A stretch of DNA of 64,000 nt from Bacteroidia bacterium (lineage in GTDB: Bacteria; Bacteroidota; Bacteroidia; SpSt-205), in assembly GCA_025054525.1 (NCBI GenBank), contig JANWZJ010000001.1, forward strand, positions 45,052-109,051, given 5' to 3'. The notes beneath the pieces are model-generated. The model was not told the DNA's origin and did not search any database. It worked only from the letters and a program-made list of their open reading frames with translations. Of this stretch, positions 56,143-64,000 are shown one piece after another. The stretch's first letter is position 1. Every line of letters begins with the position of its first letter. The translations under genes and the position numbers were made by a program.

Positions 56143-57033
56143 ATGAACTGCTCAGGTTTAGGGGTAGCGCTCGTTACCCCCTTCAAGCAAGATGGCTCTC
56201 TGGACGAAGACTCACTACGACGCTTAGTGCGGCATGTAGTGCATAACGGGGCGGATTACCTTGTAGCCTTAGGAACGACCGGCGAAGCTGTAACGCAAAC
56301 CTTAGAGGAGCGATGCCGCACAGTGGAGATAATATTTGAGGAGATAGGAGAGAAAGTACCCGTAGTAATCGGAGCGGGCGGTTATGATACAAAGGCCATT
56401 CTTCACGAAATGCGCGTTTATGCGAACAACTTTCCGGCCCGAGCCTTCCTTTCCGTAACCCCCTACTACAATAAGCCTACCTCTGAAGGACTTTTTGCTC
56501 ATTATGCTTATTTGGCAGAGCGCAGTCCCCTCCCTATCATCCTTTATAATGTCCCTGTGCGCACAGGCGTGAATCTCCCGCCTGCTGTTACTATCCGACT
56601 GGCTCATGCCTACCCTAGTAAGATCATAGGTCTCAAAGACGCATCGCTGGATTTAGTGCAGGGCATACAAATGCTTCAGCAGTTGCCGCCTTCTTTTCAG
56701 ATGATAAGTGGGGACGATGCCTTAGCTGCACCTGCCATCCTTATGGGATATGTAGGGGTTATTTCAGTATTAGGGAATGCTTTGACGCGTCCAATGGAGC
56801 TACTGGTAGAAGCAGCTCGTCAAGGCGATTTGGGAGAGACTCGCAAGCTAACAAGCGAACTCCTTCCGCTGATGCGGCTCTGCTTCGCCGAGGGCAATCC
56901 CACTAGCATCAAGGGTCTTTTGGCAGAAATGGGGATTACGGAAAGTTGGACTCGCCTGCCCCTCCTCCCTGCTTCACTGGAACTGCGGGCCCAGATGCGG
57001 AAGGCGCTGGAAGGGTTTTATGCTTCGGCTTGA
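56143..57033 (+). CDS. dapA: 4-hydroxy-tetrahydrodipicolinate synthase
   Basis: GVALVTPF...ALGTTGEAVTQTLEER...YNVPVRTG. Confidence 0.85.
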   Translation: MNCSGLGVALVTPFKQDGSLDEDSLRRLVRHVVHNGADYLVALGTTGEAVTQTLEERCRTVEIIFEEIGEKVPVVIGAGGYDTKAILHEMRVYANNFPARAFLSVTPYYNKPTSEGLFAHYAYLAERSPLPIILYNVPVRTGVNLPPAVTIRLAHAYPSKIIGLKDASLDLVQGIQMLQQLPPSFQMISGDDALAAPAILMGYVGVISVLGNALTRPMELLVEAARQGDLGETRKLTSELLPLMRLCFAEGNPTSIKGLLAEMGITESWTRLPLLPASLELRAQMRKALEGFYASA

Positions 57034-57105
57034 GGAAGGCGCCTCATAGTCTGGGACATGCGCTGATATAAGGATAATCGCATTTTATGTTTTTAGCCCC
57101 CCACC

Positions 57106-57768
57106 CTATTCAATCTGAATATTCCCGTAAATCGTCTGATTGCGAATAGACTCTATCACATATCCATACCGCATGCCTGTGGGATCATACACATTTCGCC
57201 AGCCCAAAGAATAACTGATCTCAGGGGTGAGCTTCACCCGCTCTAAGTAGATATCTACTCCTACTCCTGCCACCCACTGCCAGTCCCACCGCTGCATCCG
57301 AATCAGCTCGGGATTATCGCGCATGCGTCTGTCGGAGGTGAGATTGAGCCCAAACTGCATCCCTGCCATCATATACACCCGAATTCCCTTGTAAAACTGC
57401 GATTTATACTTGAGTAGGATGGGAAAATACAAGTATGCCGATTCTAAGCGGCGTTTGACGGAACTATCTGGTAGTTCTATGAAGATATTGCGCTGCTGAA
57501 GGGATACCTGCGGAATAGTTCGCAAATCAAAGTACTTATGCAGCTTCTTATTAGCGATAATTCCGAGGTTGAGTCCGGGCACACCTACTACCCGAACCAT
57601 CGTAGGTCTGCCAGCGGTAGGGGTGCTATAGAGCAGGTTTTTGTATTGAATTTTGACCTGATTATAGTTGAAGCCCATGAGCAGTCCGAGATTAAACTGG
57701 CGAGTGTCGTGGTAGAAGCTATATTGGGCAAAGAGCCAGCCCAGTAATAGAGATGAGAATTGCTGCAT
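57106..57768 (-). CDS. small outer-membrane beta-barrel protein (PorT/OMP_b-brl_2-like)
   Basis: 220 aa, signal-like N-terminus, alternating aromatic/hydrophobic beta-strands; size and pattern like PorT-family barrels of T9SS-bearing bacteria. Confidence 0.4.
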   Translation of the reverse strand: MQQFSSLLLGWLFAQYSFYHDTRQFNLGLLMGFNYNQVKIQYKNLLYSTPTAGRPTMVRVVGVPGLNLGIIANKKLHKYFDLRTIPQVSLQQRNIFIELPDSSVKRRLESAYLYFPILLKYKSQFYKGIRVYMMAGMQFGLNLTSDRRMRDNPELIRMQRWDWQWVAGVGVDIYLERVKLTPEISYSLGWRNVYDPTGMRYGYVIESIRNQTIYGNIQIE

Positions 57769-58457
57769 TAGGTATCCAGAAGGTAAATGATAGAAGCGCC
57801 TCCTAGCAAAGGTACGTAACTACCTCGCATAAATCCTGCCTGCAAGGCGAGTTGTAGGAAGGCATCTCGGTGAGGAAAAGCCCGAGTGGATTCGGGGAGA
57901 TAGGTATAAGCTGCTTTATCTCGGGCATACAGAGCGCCCAAGAGGGGTACATAGAGCCGGAAATAGAACCAGAAAGGGAGTTTCCAGAGGAGTTGGGTGG
58001 GCATTCCGGTCTCCAAGATGACGGCGCGCCCCCCTGGCCGAAGCACACGACGCATTTCCATAAGCGCTTGGAGTCGGTTCTCAAAGTTGCGCACTCCATA
58101 CCCCACCACGATAGCATCCATCATGCTGTCTGCAAAGGGAAGTTGATGGGCGTCCGCTACTTGGAAATGCCATACTACTTGAGGGGGCTTCTTAGCGGGT
58201 GCGCGCGCCAACATAGCCGGTGTAATATCCACCAGATACACTTCCTTTAGCGAAGGGAGCACTTGACACGCTGCCAAGGCAAAGTCCCCAGTGCCCGCAG
58301 CCAAATCTAAAAGCCTTTCGGGCTGAAGCGGTCGCAAGAAAGAAGCGGCTTTGCGGCGCCAGTGCAAATCTAAGCCAAAGGTCATGAGCCGATTCATGCG
58401 GTCATACCGTGAAGCAATCCGCCGGAACATCTCCGAAACTGCCTGGGTATTCTGCAT
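57768..58457 (-). CDS. ubiE: demethylmenaquinone/ubiquinone C-methyltransferase
   Basis: VSEMFRRIASRYDRMNRLMTFGLDLHWRR...LLDLAAGTGDFA...RVLRPGGRAVILE. Confidence 0.8.
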   Translation of the reverse strand: MQNTQAVSEMFRRIASRYDRMNRLMTFGLDLHWRRKAASFLRPLQPERLLDLAAGTGDFALAACQVLPSLKEVYLVDITPAMLARAPAKKPPQVVWHFQVADAHQLPFADSMMDAIVVGYGVRNFENRLQALMEMRRVLRPGGRAVILETGMPTQLLWKLPFWFYFRLYVPLLGALYARDKAAYTYLPESTRAFPHRDAFLQLALQAGFMRGSYVPLLGGASIIYLLDT

Positions 58458-58468
58458 ACTTTTGACTA

Positions 58469-59281
58469 ATGCAAAACAAACTAAAGCGGGTTACGACGCG
58501 CACTTTGCAGGAGATGAAGGCAGCGAGCGAGCCCATCGTGATGCTCACAGCTTATGATTACACCTTTGCGCGCCTTTTGGATGAGGCAGGGGTAGAAGTG
58601 CTACTGGTAGGCGACTCCGCTTCTAATGTAATCGCAGGACATGAGACGACACTTCCGATTACGTTAGACCAGATGATTTATCATGCCAGTGCGGTGGTGC
58701 GCGGCGCCAAGAGAGCGTTGGTAGTGGTGGATATGCCGTTTGGTTCGTATCAGGGGGATTCTCGGCGAGCCCTCCACGCTGCTATACGAATCATGAAAGA
58801 AAGTGGAGCGCATGCAGTTAAAGTAGAAGGGGGAGAAGCTGTCTTAGAAGCAGTTGCACGTATCACTTCGGCGGGGATACCTGTCATGGGGCATTTAGGA
58901 CTGACCCCGCAGTCTATCTATCAGTTTGGAGGGTACCGCGTGCGCGCTAAAGAAGCCTCCGAAGCCGAACGACTTCGTCAGGATGCGAAACGCTTAGCCC
59001 AAGCCGGTATATTCGCCTTAGTCTTGGAGAAAATTCCTGCGTCCTTGGCTCAGGAGGTAACGCAGTCCTTACCCGTTCCTACTATCGGTATAGGAGCAGG
59101 GCCCTACTGCGATGGGCAAGTATTAGTCCTGCATGACATGCTTGGACTGAATAAAGCTTTCTCGCCGAGATTTTTGCGCCGGTATGCAGACTTAGCGGAT
59201 ATAGTAGAAAAAGCCTGCAAGCAGTATATCCAAGATGTGAAACAGCGAGATTTTCCTTCCCTACAAGAGAGTTATGAGTGA
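58469..59281 (+). CDS. panB: 3-methyl-2-oxobutanoate hydroxymethyltransferase
   Basis: [41 protein letters not shown]...[11 protein letters not shown]. Confidence 0.9.
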   Translation: MQNKLKRVTTRTLQEMKAASEPIVMLTAYDYTFARLLDEAGVEVLLVGDSASNVIAGHETTLPITLDQMIYHASAVVRGAKRALVVVDMPFGSYQGDSRRALHAAIRIMKESGAHAVKVEGGEAVLEAVARITSAGIPVMGHLGLTPQSIYQFGGYRVRAKEASEAERLRQDAKRLAQAGIFALVLEKIPASLAQEVTQSLPVPTIGIGAGPYCDGQVLVLHDMLGLNKAFSPRFLRRYADLADIVEKACKQYIQDVKQRDFPSLQESYE

Positions 59282-60357
59282 AGAGGTGTATTGCCTCGGA
59301 TGCGCAGGGCGAAATCCGCCAGCACGAGGGCTGTCATTGCTTCTACTATGGGTACGGCACGCGGCACGGGGCAAGGGTCATGCCTTCCGCCTTTCAGTTC
59401 CAAGACCACAGGTTCTCCCGCTTTTGTCGTTGTATGCTGCGGCTGACGCAGCGTAGCAATCGGCTTGAAAGCTACCTGAAAGAAAATCGGCTCGCCTGTA
59501 GAAATCCCGCCCAAGATACCGCCTGCTTGATTAGTGAGGGGGCGCACTTGCCCTTCTTGGACGCCGAAGGGGTCATTATGGTCAGAACCGCGCAGCGCTG
59601 CCGCCTCAAATCCCCGCCCGAAGGCAAAGCCCTTTGCGGCGTTGATGCTCAGCATAGCATAGGCTAAGCGGGCAGAGAGTTTATCATAGATAGGCTCTCC
59701 CAAGCCCGGCGGAATGCCCTCCACCCGAGTACTCACAACGCCACCAGTCGTATCCCCTTCCGCTTGAAGCTGCAGAAGATAGGCCTCTATTTGCTTACTC
59801 ACTTCTGGATCAGGACAGCGCACTGGCGAACGCTCTACCTCTTCCAGCCTCTGGGGTTCATACATCGTATGATAAGGACCAATAGCGGAAGTCCATGCTA
59901 TGATTTGCACCCCAGGGTAGAGCTTCTCCAAAAGCTGGAGTGCTACGGCACCTGCCGCCACTCGTGCAGCCGTCTCTCGCGCCGAACTGCGCCCTCCACC
60001 CCGAGGGTCTATGTGCCGATATTTGAGAAAATACGTATAATCTGCATGAGAAGGGCGAAAAACTTGCGCTATCTCTTCATATTCTTCGGGACGAGCGTTC
60101 TGATTGGGCATCCATAGGGTGAGTGGAGCACCGGCTGTGCGCCCTTGATAGAGACCGCTAAGCACTTCTACTCTATCGGACTCGCTGCGCGGTGAAGTAT
60201 ATGCAGACTGCCCTGGGCGCCTACGCTGAAGAGCTGATTGAACTCGTTCCCAATCTACGGGCAAATTCGCAGGGAGTCCATCTATTACCACTCCTATGCC
60301 CGCTCCGTGCGACTCTCCAAAGGTCGTTATCCGAAGCGCCTCACCGAACGAATTCAT
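59272..60357 (-). CDS. aroC: chorismate synthase
   Basis: [33 protein letters not shown]...[17 protein letters not shown]. Confidence 0.9.
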   Translation of the reverse strand: MNSFGEALRITTFGESHGAGIGVVIDGLPANLPVDWERVQSALQRRRPGQSAYTSPRSESDRVEVLSGLYQGRTAGAPLTLWMPNQNARPEEYEEIAQVFRPSHADYTYFLKYRHIDPRGGGRSSARETAARVAAGAVALQLLEKLYPGVQIIAWTSAIGPYHTMYEPQRLEEVERSPVRCPDPEVSKQIEAYLLQLQAEGDTTGGVVSTRVEGIPPGLGEPIYDKLSARLAYAMLSINAAKGFAFGRGFEAAALRGSDHNDPFGVQEGQVRPLTNQAGGILGGISTGEPIFFQVAFKPIATLRQPQHTTTKAGEPVVLELKGGRHDPCPVPRAVPIVEAMTALVLADFALRIRGNTPLHS

Positions 60358-61768
60358 AAACCCCTATGTCAGGCTGAGCATCTCGCTGCCTTCCCCTTAG
60401 GTCGTAGGATATGGAAAAGTTAGCTTCATACTTTCCACGATTGATAAGAGGGCTCTCTGACTGAAGGGGATATCCTTCATCAGCTTTGCCTAATTTAGGG
60501 TCAGAAAGATACAGCAAGCTATCTCCCGGGAAGGTGCGAGGATGCCGAAGGGCGCAGTAATCATAGCGCCGCTGAGCCGTAGATGGGGATTGTAGGTCTT
60601 CTACGATTGCTTCGGATTTCGTACTCCAGAAAAGGCAGTTGAGTGCCTGCAGCTCTGAGGGATAGGTGAGTATGCGGTCTGAAAGTCTCAGGAAGTCTGT
60701 GAGGAGAAAGGCGGTTTGTCCTCGGCGCAAGTCCCCTTGGTCATAGATAAAGCTACAGTGTAAGAGCTTATATTTTCCGCCGCCCAATAGCGCGGCACAG
60801 GCTTGCCCACACCGAAAGACCAGCGTATTCACCGCTTCTAATATAGGCGCGCTGGACAGGCTCGGACTAAATCCCAGCGCCAAAATCCCATAGTTTGCCG
60901 CACGCTGGATGATACAGCCCTCCATATACACTTTCGGGAAAGCAGAACCACCGGTAGAGTCTATGCGTATAGCTATACTACTTTGGCTAATGTGTGTATA
61001 GAGTAGGCGATTATCTCGGCTGCTGACGAGAAAATGAATACCTTGCCATTGACCTGCGGCTTGCGTATAATAAGGCTCTAATCGCCATCCCTGCATACTG
61101 ATAGGAGCTTGGGGGGTGCCCAGTGCTTCTAAGCGGCCTGCTATGTAAAGCCCAGAGGAGAGTTCGCCTTTGAGAGGACCGCTCTCCCACCGCCGCGCCG
61201 AAAAGTATAGCTTAGAGCCAGGAAGGATACGAAGCACCGCTTGCGGCCCTATGTAGAAGAACCCATCTATCACAATAGGTTTATCATTGGGCAGGGAAAC
61301 TACCACACTATCCAGTCCAAAGTTGCGGAAGATATATGCTGCTATCAGAGTGGCTTTGAGGGCTATAGTTTGCCTTCCAGCTTCTGTCTCTAAGATGAGA
61401 TGGTCTTCTCGGGTGGCATCTATGAAGGTGGTATCTTTGAGCTGGAAGAAAACTTGAAGGCTATCTTTACTTCCCAGCTCATGATTGTAGATAGGTCCGG
61501 GCTTTCCATCCAAAATGAAAGAGAAAGGGCTCTGGCTTCCCTGTTCTAAATAGGCTGCCCGGAGGATGACAGGATGCGAATGAGGATTGTATATCCACAG
61601 GCGCTGGGTGGGAGAGAGGAGCGTAGAGAAAAGCGAGTCAAAGCGCACGGTATCCCGAGAGAAGCGCAGAAGTCCAGGTCTGGGAGGGAGAAACTCCCTT
61701 CGGCAAGAAAGTGCTAAGAAGGCTAAGAGAGTAAATCCTACAGGGAAGCGCTTAGGTATGAAGGGCAT
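60341..61768 (-). CDS. lipoprotein with right-handed beta-helix-like repeats and C-terminal 'choice-of-anchor Q'-like domain
   Basis: MPFIPKRFPVGFTLLAFLALSC (lipobox LALSC); ends ...[18 protein letters not shown], which resembles the choice-of-anchor-Q C-terminal signature. Start taken at the second Met (61768) so as not to overlap lysS. Confidence 0.4.
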   Translation of the reverse strand: MPFIPKRFPVGFTLLAFLALSCRREFLPPRPGLLRFSRDTVRFDSLFSTLLSPTQRLWIYNPHSHPVILRAAYLEQGSQSPFSFILDGKPGPIYNHELGSKDSLQVFFQLKDTTFIDATREDHLILETEAGRQTIALKATLIAAYIFRNFGLDSVVVSLPNDKPIVIDGFFYIGPQAVLRILPGSKLYFSARRWESGPLKGELSSGLYIAGRLEALGTPQAPISMQGWRLEPYYTQAAGQWQGIHFLVSSRDNRLLYTHISQSSIAIRIDSTGGSAFPKVYMEGCIIQRAANYGILALGFSPSLSSAPILEAVNTLVFRCGQACAALLGGGKYKLLHCSFIYDQGDLRRGQTAFLLTDFLRLSDRILTYPSELQALNCLFWSTKSEAIVEDLQSPSTAQRRYDYCALRHPRTFPGDSLLYLSDPKLGKADEGYPLQSESPLINRGKYEANFSISYDLRGRQRDAQPDIGVYEFVR

Positions 61769-63254
61769 GAGGCGTTTCAGGACGCAGGAGGGGAAAGAGC
61801 AACACTTCTTGCAGGCTAGGGGCATCCGTTAGTAGCATTACCAGGCGATCTGTGCCCAGTCCCAGTCCTGCTGTGGGCGGCAAGCCGAACTCCAATGCCC
61901 GTAGAAAATCTTCATCCAAAGGCATCGCCTCTTCGCCACCCGCCGCACGCAGCTCAGCTTGGCGCTGCATCCGCTCCCGCTGATCTATGGGATCATTAAG
62001 CTCTGAGTAAGCATTAGCTAACTCTTTTCCTGCTACGATTAGCTCAAAGCGTTCTGTTAGAGTGGGGTCGTCTCGGTGCCGCCGCGCCAAGGGACTCACC
62101 TCCACCGGATAATCCATTACAAAAGTAGGCTGGATAAATGTCGGCTCCACCACCTTATCAAAAAGCTGCTGAATTAGGTCTATCTTCTCATAGGGCGGGG
62201 AAGGAAGCGGAATATTTCGCTCTTGCAGAAGGGATTGAAGTTGAGCTTCTGAAAGTTCTCGTACTTCTACCCCCAAAATCTCTCTCAAAGCCTCATAATA
62301 CCGCACTCTCCGATAGGGAGGCGTAAAGTCTATCTCGTAGTCCCCATACTTCACGCGAGTAGTTTGTAGCACTTCCTGCGTCACGTGTTCTAAGAGCGCC
62401 TCTACCAAATCCATCATCCAATAGTAGTCCTGATAAGCAACATAAAGCTCTACTTGGGTGAACTCTGGATTATGGAAGCGGTCTATGCCTTCATTCCGAA
62501 AGTCTCGGGAAAACTCATACACCCCTAAGAATCCCCCTACGATGAGGCGCTTGAGGTAGAGCTCGTTAGAGATACGCAGGTAAAGGGGCATTTCTAAGGC
62601 ATTATGATAGGTAGTGAAGGGGCGAGCGAAGGCCCCTCCATATATGGGCTGTAAGATTGGAGTCTCAACCTCTAAATAGCCTCTATCATTGAGAAAGTTG
62701 CGTATGGATTGAATGATGGCTGTACGCTTGCGGAAAAGTTCCCGCACCCCTAGATGCACAATCAAATCCACATAGCGCATGCGATAGCGTAGCTCTGAAT
62801 CCGTGAATGCTGCATAGACTTTCTCTTCGGTTTCTTTTTCTATGGGAAGGGGACGGAGGCATTTAGCGAGCAATGCAAAGCGTTGCACATGGACGGTGAT
62901 TTCTCCTGTCTTTGTCGTGAAAACGAAGCCCTCTACGCCGATAATATCACCTAAGTCTAAGAGTTTCTTGAAAAGAGTGTCATAGAGCTCGGGTTGGGCG
63001 GCGAAGTCATCCCGCTGAAAGTAAAGCTGAATATCTCCGGTATGGTCGCGCAGTACTGCAAAGGAGGCTTTGCCCATGATGCGCTTGCGCCAGATTCGTC
63101 CAGCAAGTCGGACGGATTTGAAGTCCAGCTTCTGCTGAGGATAGTAGCGCAGAATATCCGCTGCCGTCGTATTAATGGGAAAAGGCTTGCCTGAGAAGGG
63201 CTCTATACCTAAGCGACGCAGTTCTTCTAACTTATAGGAGCGAGTAGGGTCCAT
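61752..63254 (-). CDS. lysS: lysine--tRNA ligase (class II)
   Basis: Anticodon-binding OB fold GKASFAVLRDHTGDIQLYF; class II motifs FRNEG, LGLGTDRLVMLLT. Start placed at MDPTRSYKLEELRR (63254). Confidence 0.85.
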   Translation of the reverse strand: MDPTRSYKLEELRRLGIEPFSGKPFPINTTAADILRYYPQQKLDFKSVRLAGRIWRKRIMGKASFAVLRDHTGDIQLYFQRDDFAAQPELYDTLFKKLLDLGDIIGVEGFVFTTKTGEITVHVQRFALLAKCLRPLPIEKETEEKVYAAFTDSELRYRMRYVDLIVHLGVRELFRKRTAIIQSIRNFLNDRGYLEVETPILQPIYGGAFARPFTTYHNALEMPLYLRISNELYLKRLIVGGFLGVYEFSRDFRNEGIDRFHNPEFTQVELYVAYQDYYWMMDLVEALLEHVTQEVLQTTRVKYGDYEIDFTPPYRRVRYYEALREILGVEVRELSEAQLQSLLQERNIPLPSPPYEKIDLIQQLFDKVVEPTFIQPTFVMDYPVEVSPLARRHRDDPTLTERFELIVAGKELANAYSELNDPIDQRERMQRQAELRAAGGEEAMPLDEDFLRALEFGLPPTAGLGLGTDRLVMLLTDAPSLQEVLLFPLLRPETPHALHT

Positions 63255-63265
63255 ACGACGCAAAC

Positions 63266-64000
63266 CTAAGAGATAGGCACTTCTCCCCAAGCCGCCAGCG
63301 CCGCTAAACGGCTGAGCTTATCCGCTTCTTCGGGCTTCTTGTCTCTGCGCCAGCGTAGGATACGGGGGAAACGCACTGCATACCCGCATTTATGCCGGGC
63401 AGAAGGCTGTATCCCCTCAAATCCAATCTCAAAAACCCATTGAGGCGGCACTTTGACAATCGGTCCGATCTTTTCTGTGGCCTGTTGGCGAACCCATCGG
63501 GTTAGCTCTTGCATTTCGGCGTCCGTAAGCCCCGAATAAGCCTTAGCGAAAGTAATCAGTTCCCCCTCCTCACTCCACAATGCAAAGGTGAGGTCCGTAA
63601 ACCAGCCCGACCGACGACCATGCCCTCGCTGCGCATATACTAAAACAGCATCCACGCTATAGGGTTCTCGTTTCCATTTCCACCAGTAGCCGCGCTTGCG
63701 ACCCGAGAGATAGGGACTGTCCTTGCGCTTGAGCATAAGACCTTCCGCCCCGTAAGGGGGATTCGCTCGGACCGCTTGATATTCTGTCCAGGTTTCTGCC
63801 CTCAAAATAGGAGAGACCTCTATCTGCGCAAACCTCTGCCTAAGTTCCTCCAAGAGCTGACGGCGCTCAGAAAGGGGTTTCTCCCGAATATCCGTTCCCT
63901 CTATCTCCAATAGATCATAGAACCACACAGTGGCGGGATACTCAGCAATGAGGGCTGTGGAAGGCCGCTTACGCAGAAGCCGTTTCTGCAGGGCTGCGAA
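63266..64000 (-). CDS. ATP-dependent DNA ligase, C-terminal two-thirds (5' end beyond window)
   Basis: The frame is open from 64000: FAALQKRLLRKRPSTALIAEYPATVWFYDLLEIEG...EGLMLKRKDSPYLSGRKRGYWWKWK (motif V/VI and OB domain of ATP-dependent ligases). Confidence 0.65.
   Translation of the reverse strand, partial: FAALQKRLLRKRPSTALIAEYPATVWFYDLLEIEGTDIREKPLSERRQLLEELRQRFAQIEVSPILRAETWTEYQAVRANPPYGAEGLMLKRKDSPYLSGRKRGYWWKWKREPYSVDAVLVYAQRGHGRRSGWFTDLTFALWSEEGELITFAKAYSGLTDAEMQELTRWVRQQATEKIGPIVKVPPQWVFEIGFEGIQPSARHKCGYAVRFPRILRWRRDKKPEEADKLSRLAALAAWGEVPIS

Noticed and set aside
57033-57106. Possible terminator between convergent dapA and the small OMP gene
   Set aside because: Only a weak 5-bp stem (TGAGG...CCTCA) with no adjacent T-tract; not convincing.
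1-64000. CRISPR arrays, tandem repeats, IS elements, integrases, phage genes, toxin-antitoxin or restriction-modification genes
   Set aside because: Read through all intergenic regions (mostly under 60 nt) and the unassigned ORFs. I found no repeat-spacer periodicity, no transposase or integrase-like translations, and no methyltransferase/nuclease pairs other than the NUC1 nuclease (which is non-specific and secreted-type). The window is densely packed with housekeeping genes.

Overview
This 64-kb window reads as chromosomal core DNA from a bacterium of the Fibrobacteres–Chlorobi–Bacteroidetes (FCB) group; I cannot name the genus. Placement evidence: GC looks mid-50s %; there is a type IX secretion (T9SS)-type C-terminal sorting domain on a giant gingipain-like C25 protein, a 'choice-of-anchor Q' protein, a PorT-like barrel, a BshA-like glycosyltransferase, and a Bacteroidetes-style gene order. 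The centre (14.9–32.6 kb, + strand) is the ribosomal-protein superoperon: rpsL-rpsG-fusA-rpsJ (S10)-rplC…rplQ including secY-map-infA-rpmJ-rpsM-rpsK-rpsD-rpoA, ending in a tRNA-Thr(UGU) gene. There is no tuf between fusA and rpsJ and no adk after secY, as is usual in this lineage. Flanking genes are mostly housekeeping, with a few less ordinary ones. Housekeeping: Omp85/BamA-like, pyrC, queA, argS, glyA, acnA, rsmG, bioB, lpxK, punA-like, dapA, ubiE/menG, panB, aroC, lysS. Less ordinary: a Cys-less Lpd-family flavoprotein fused start-to-stop with an RND/MMPL exporter; a membrane-anchored NUC1 nuclease; a tRNA-proximal cluster of FkbM methyltransferase, BshA-like GT4, CDF transporter, archaeal-type PGI/PMI, fatty-acid-hydroxylase-family protein and PaaI thioesterase; a 1640-aa secreted C25 peptidase-like protein next to tRNA-Gly/tRNA-Leu; a tryptophan-rich 526-aa hypothetical; a TonB-dependent receptor; and a partial ATP-dependent DNA ligase at the right edge. 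I found no CRISPR array, integrase, transposase, phage genes or recognisable defence system. The ORF track uses TTG/GTG as well as ATG starts (checked at 3942, 7722, 35633, 50130, 52174), so several listed starts are only upper bounds and I adjusted some. All functional calls come from reading the translations against remembered family motifs. No database search was run.
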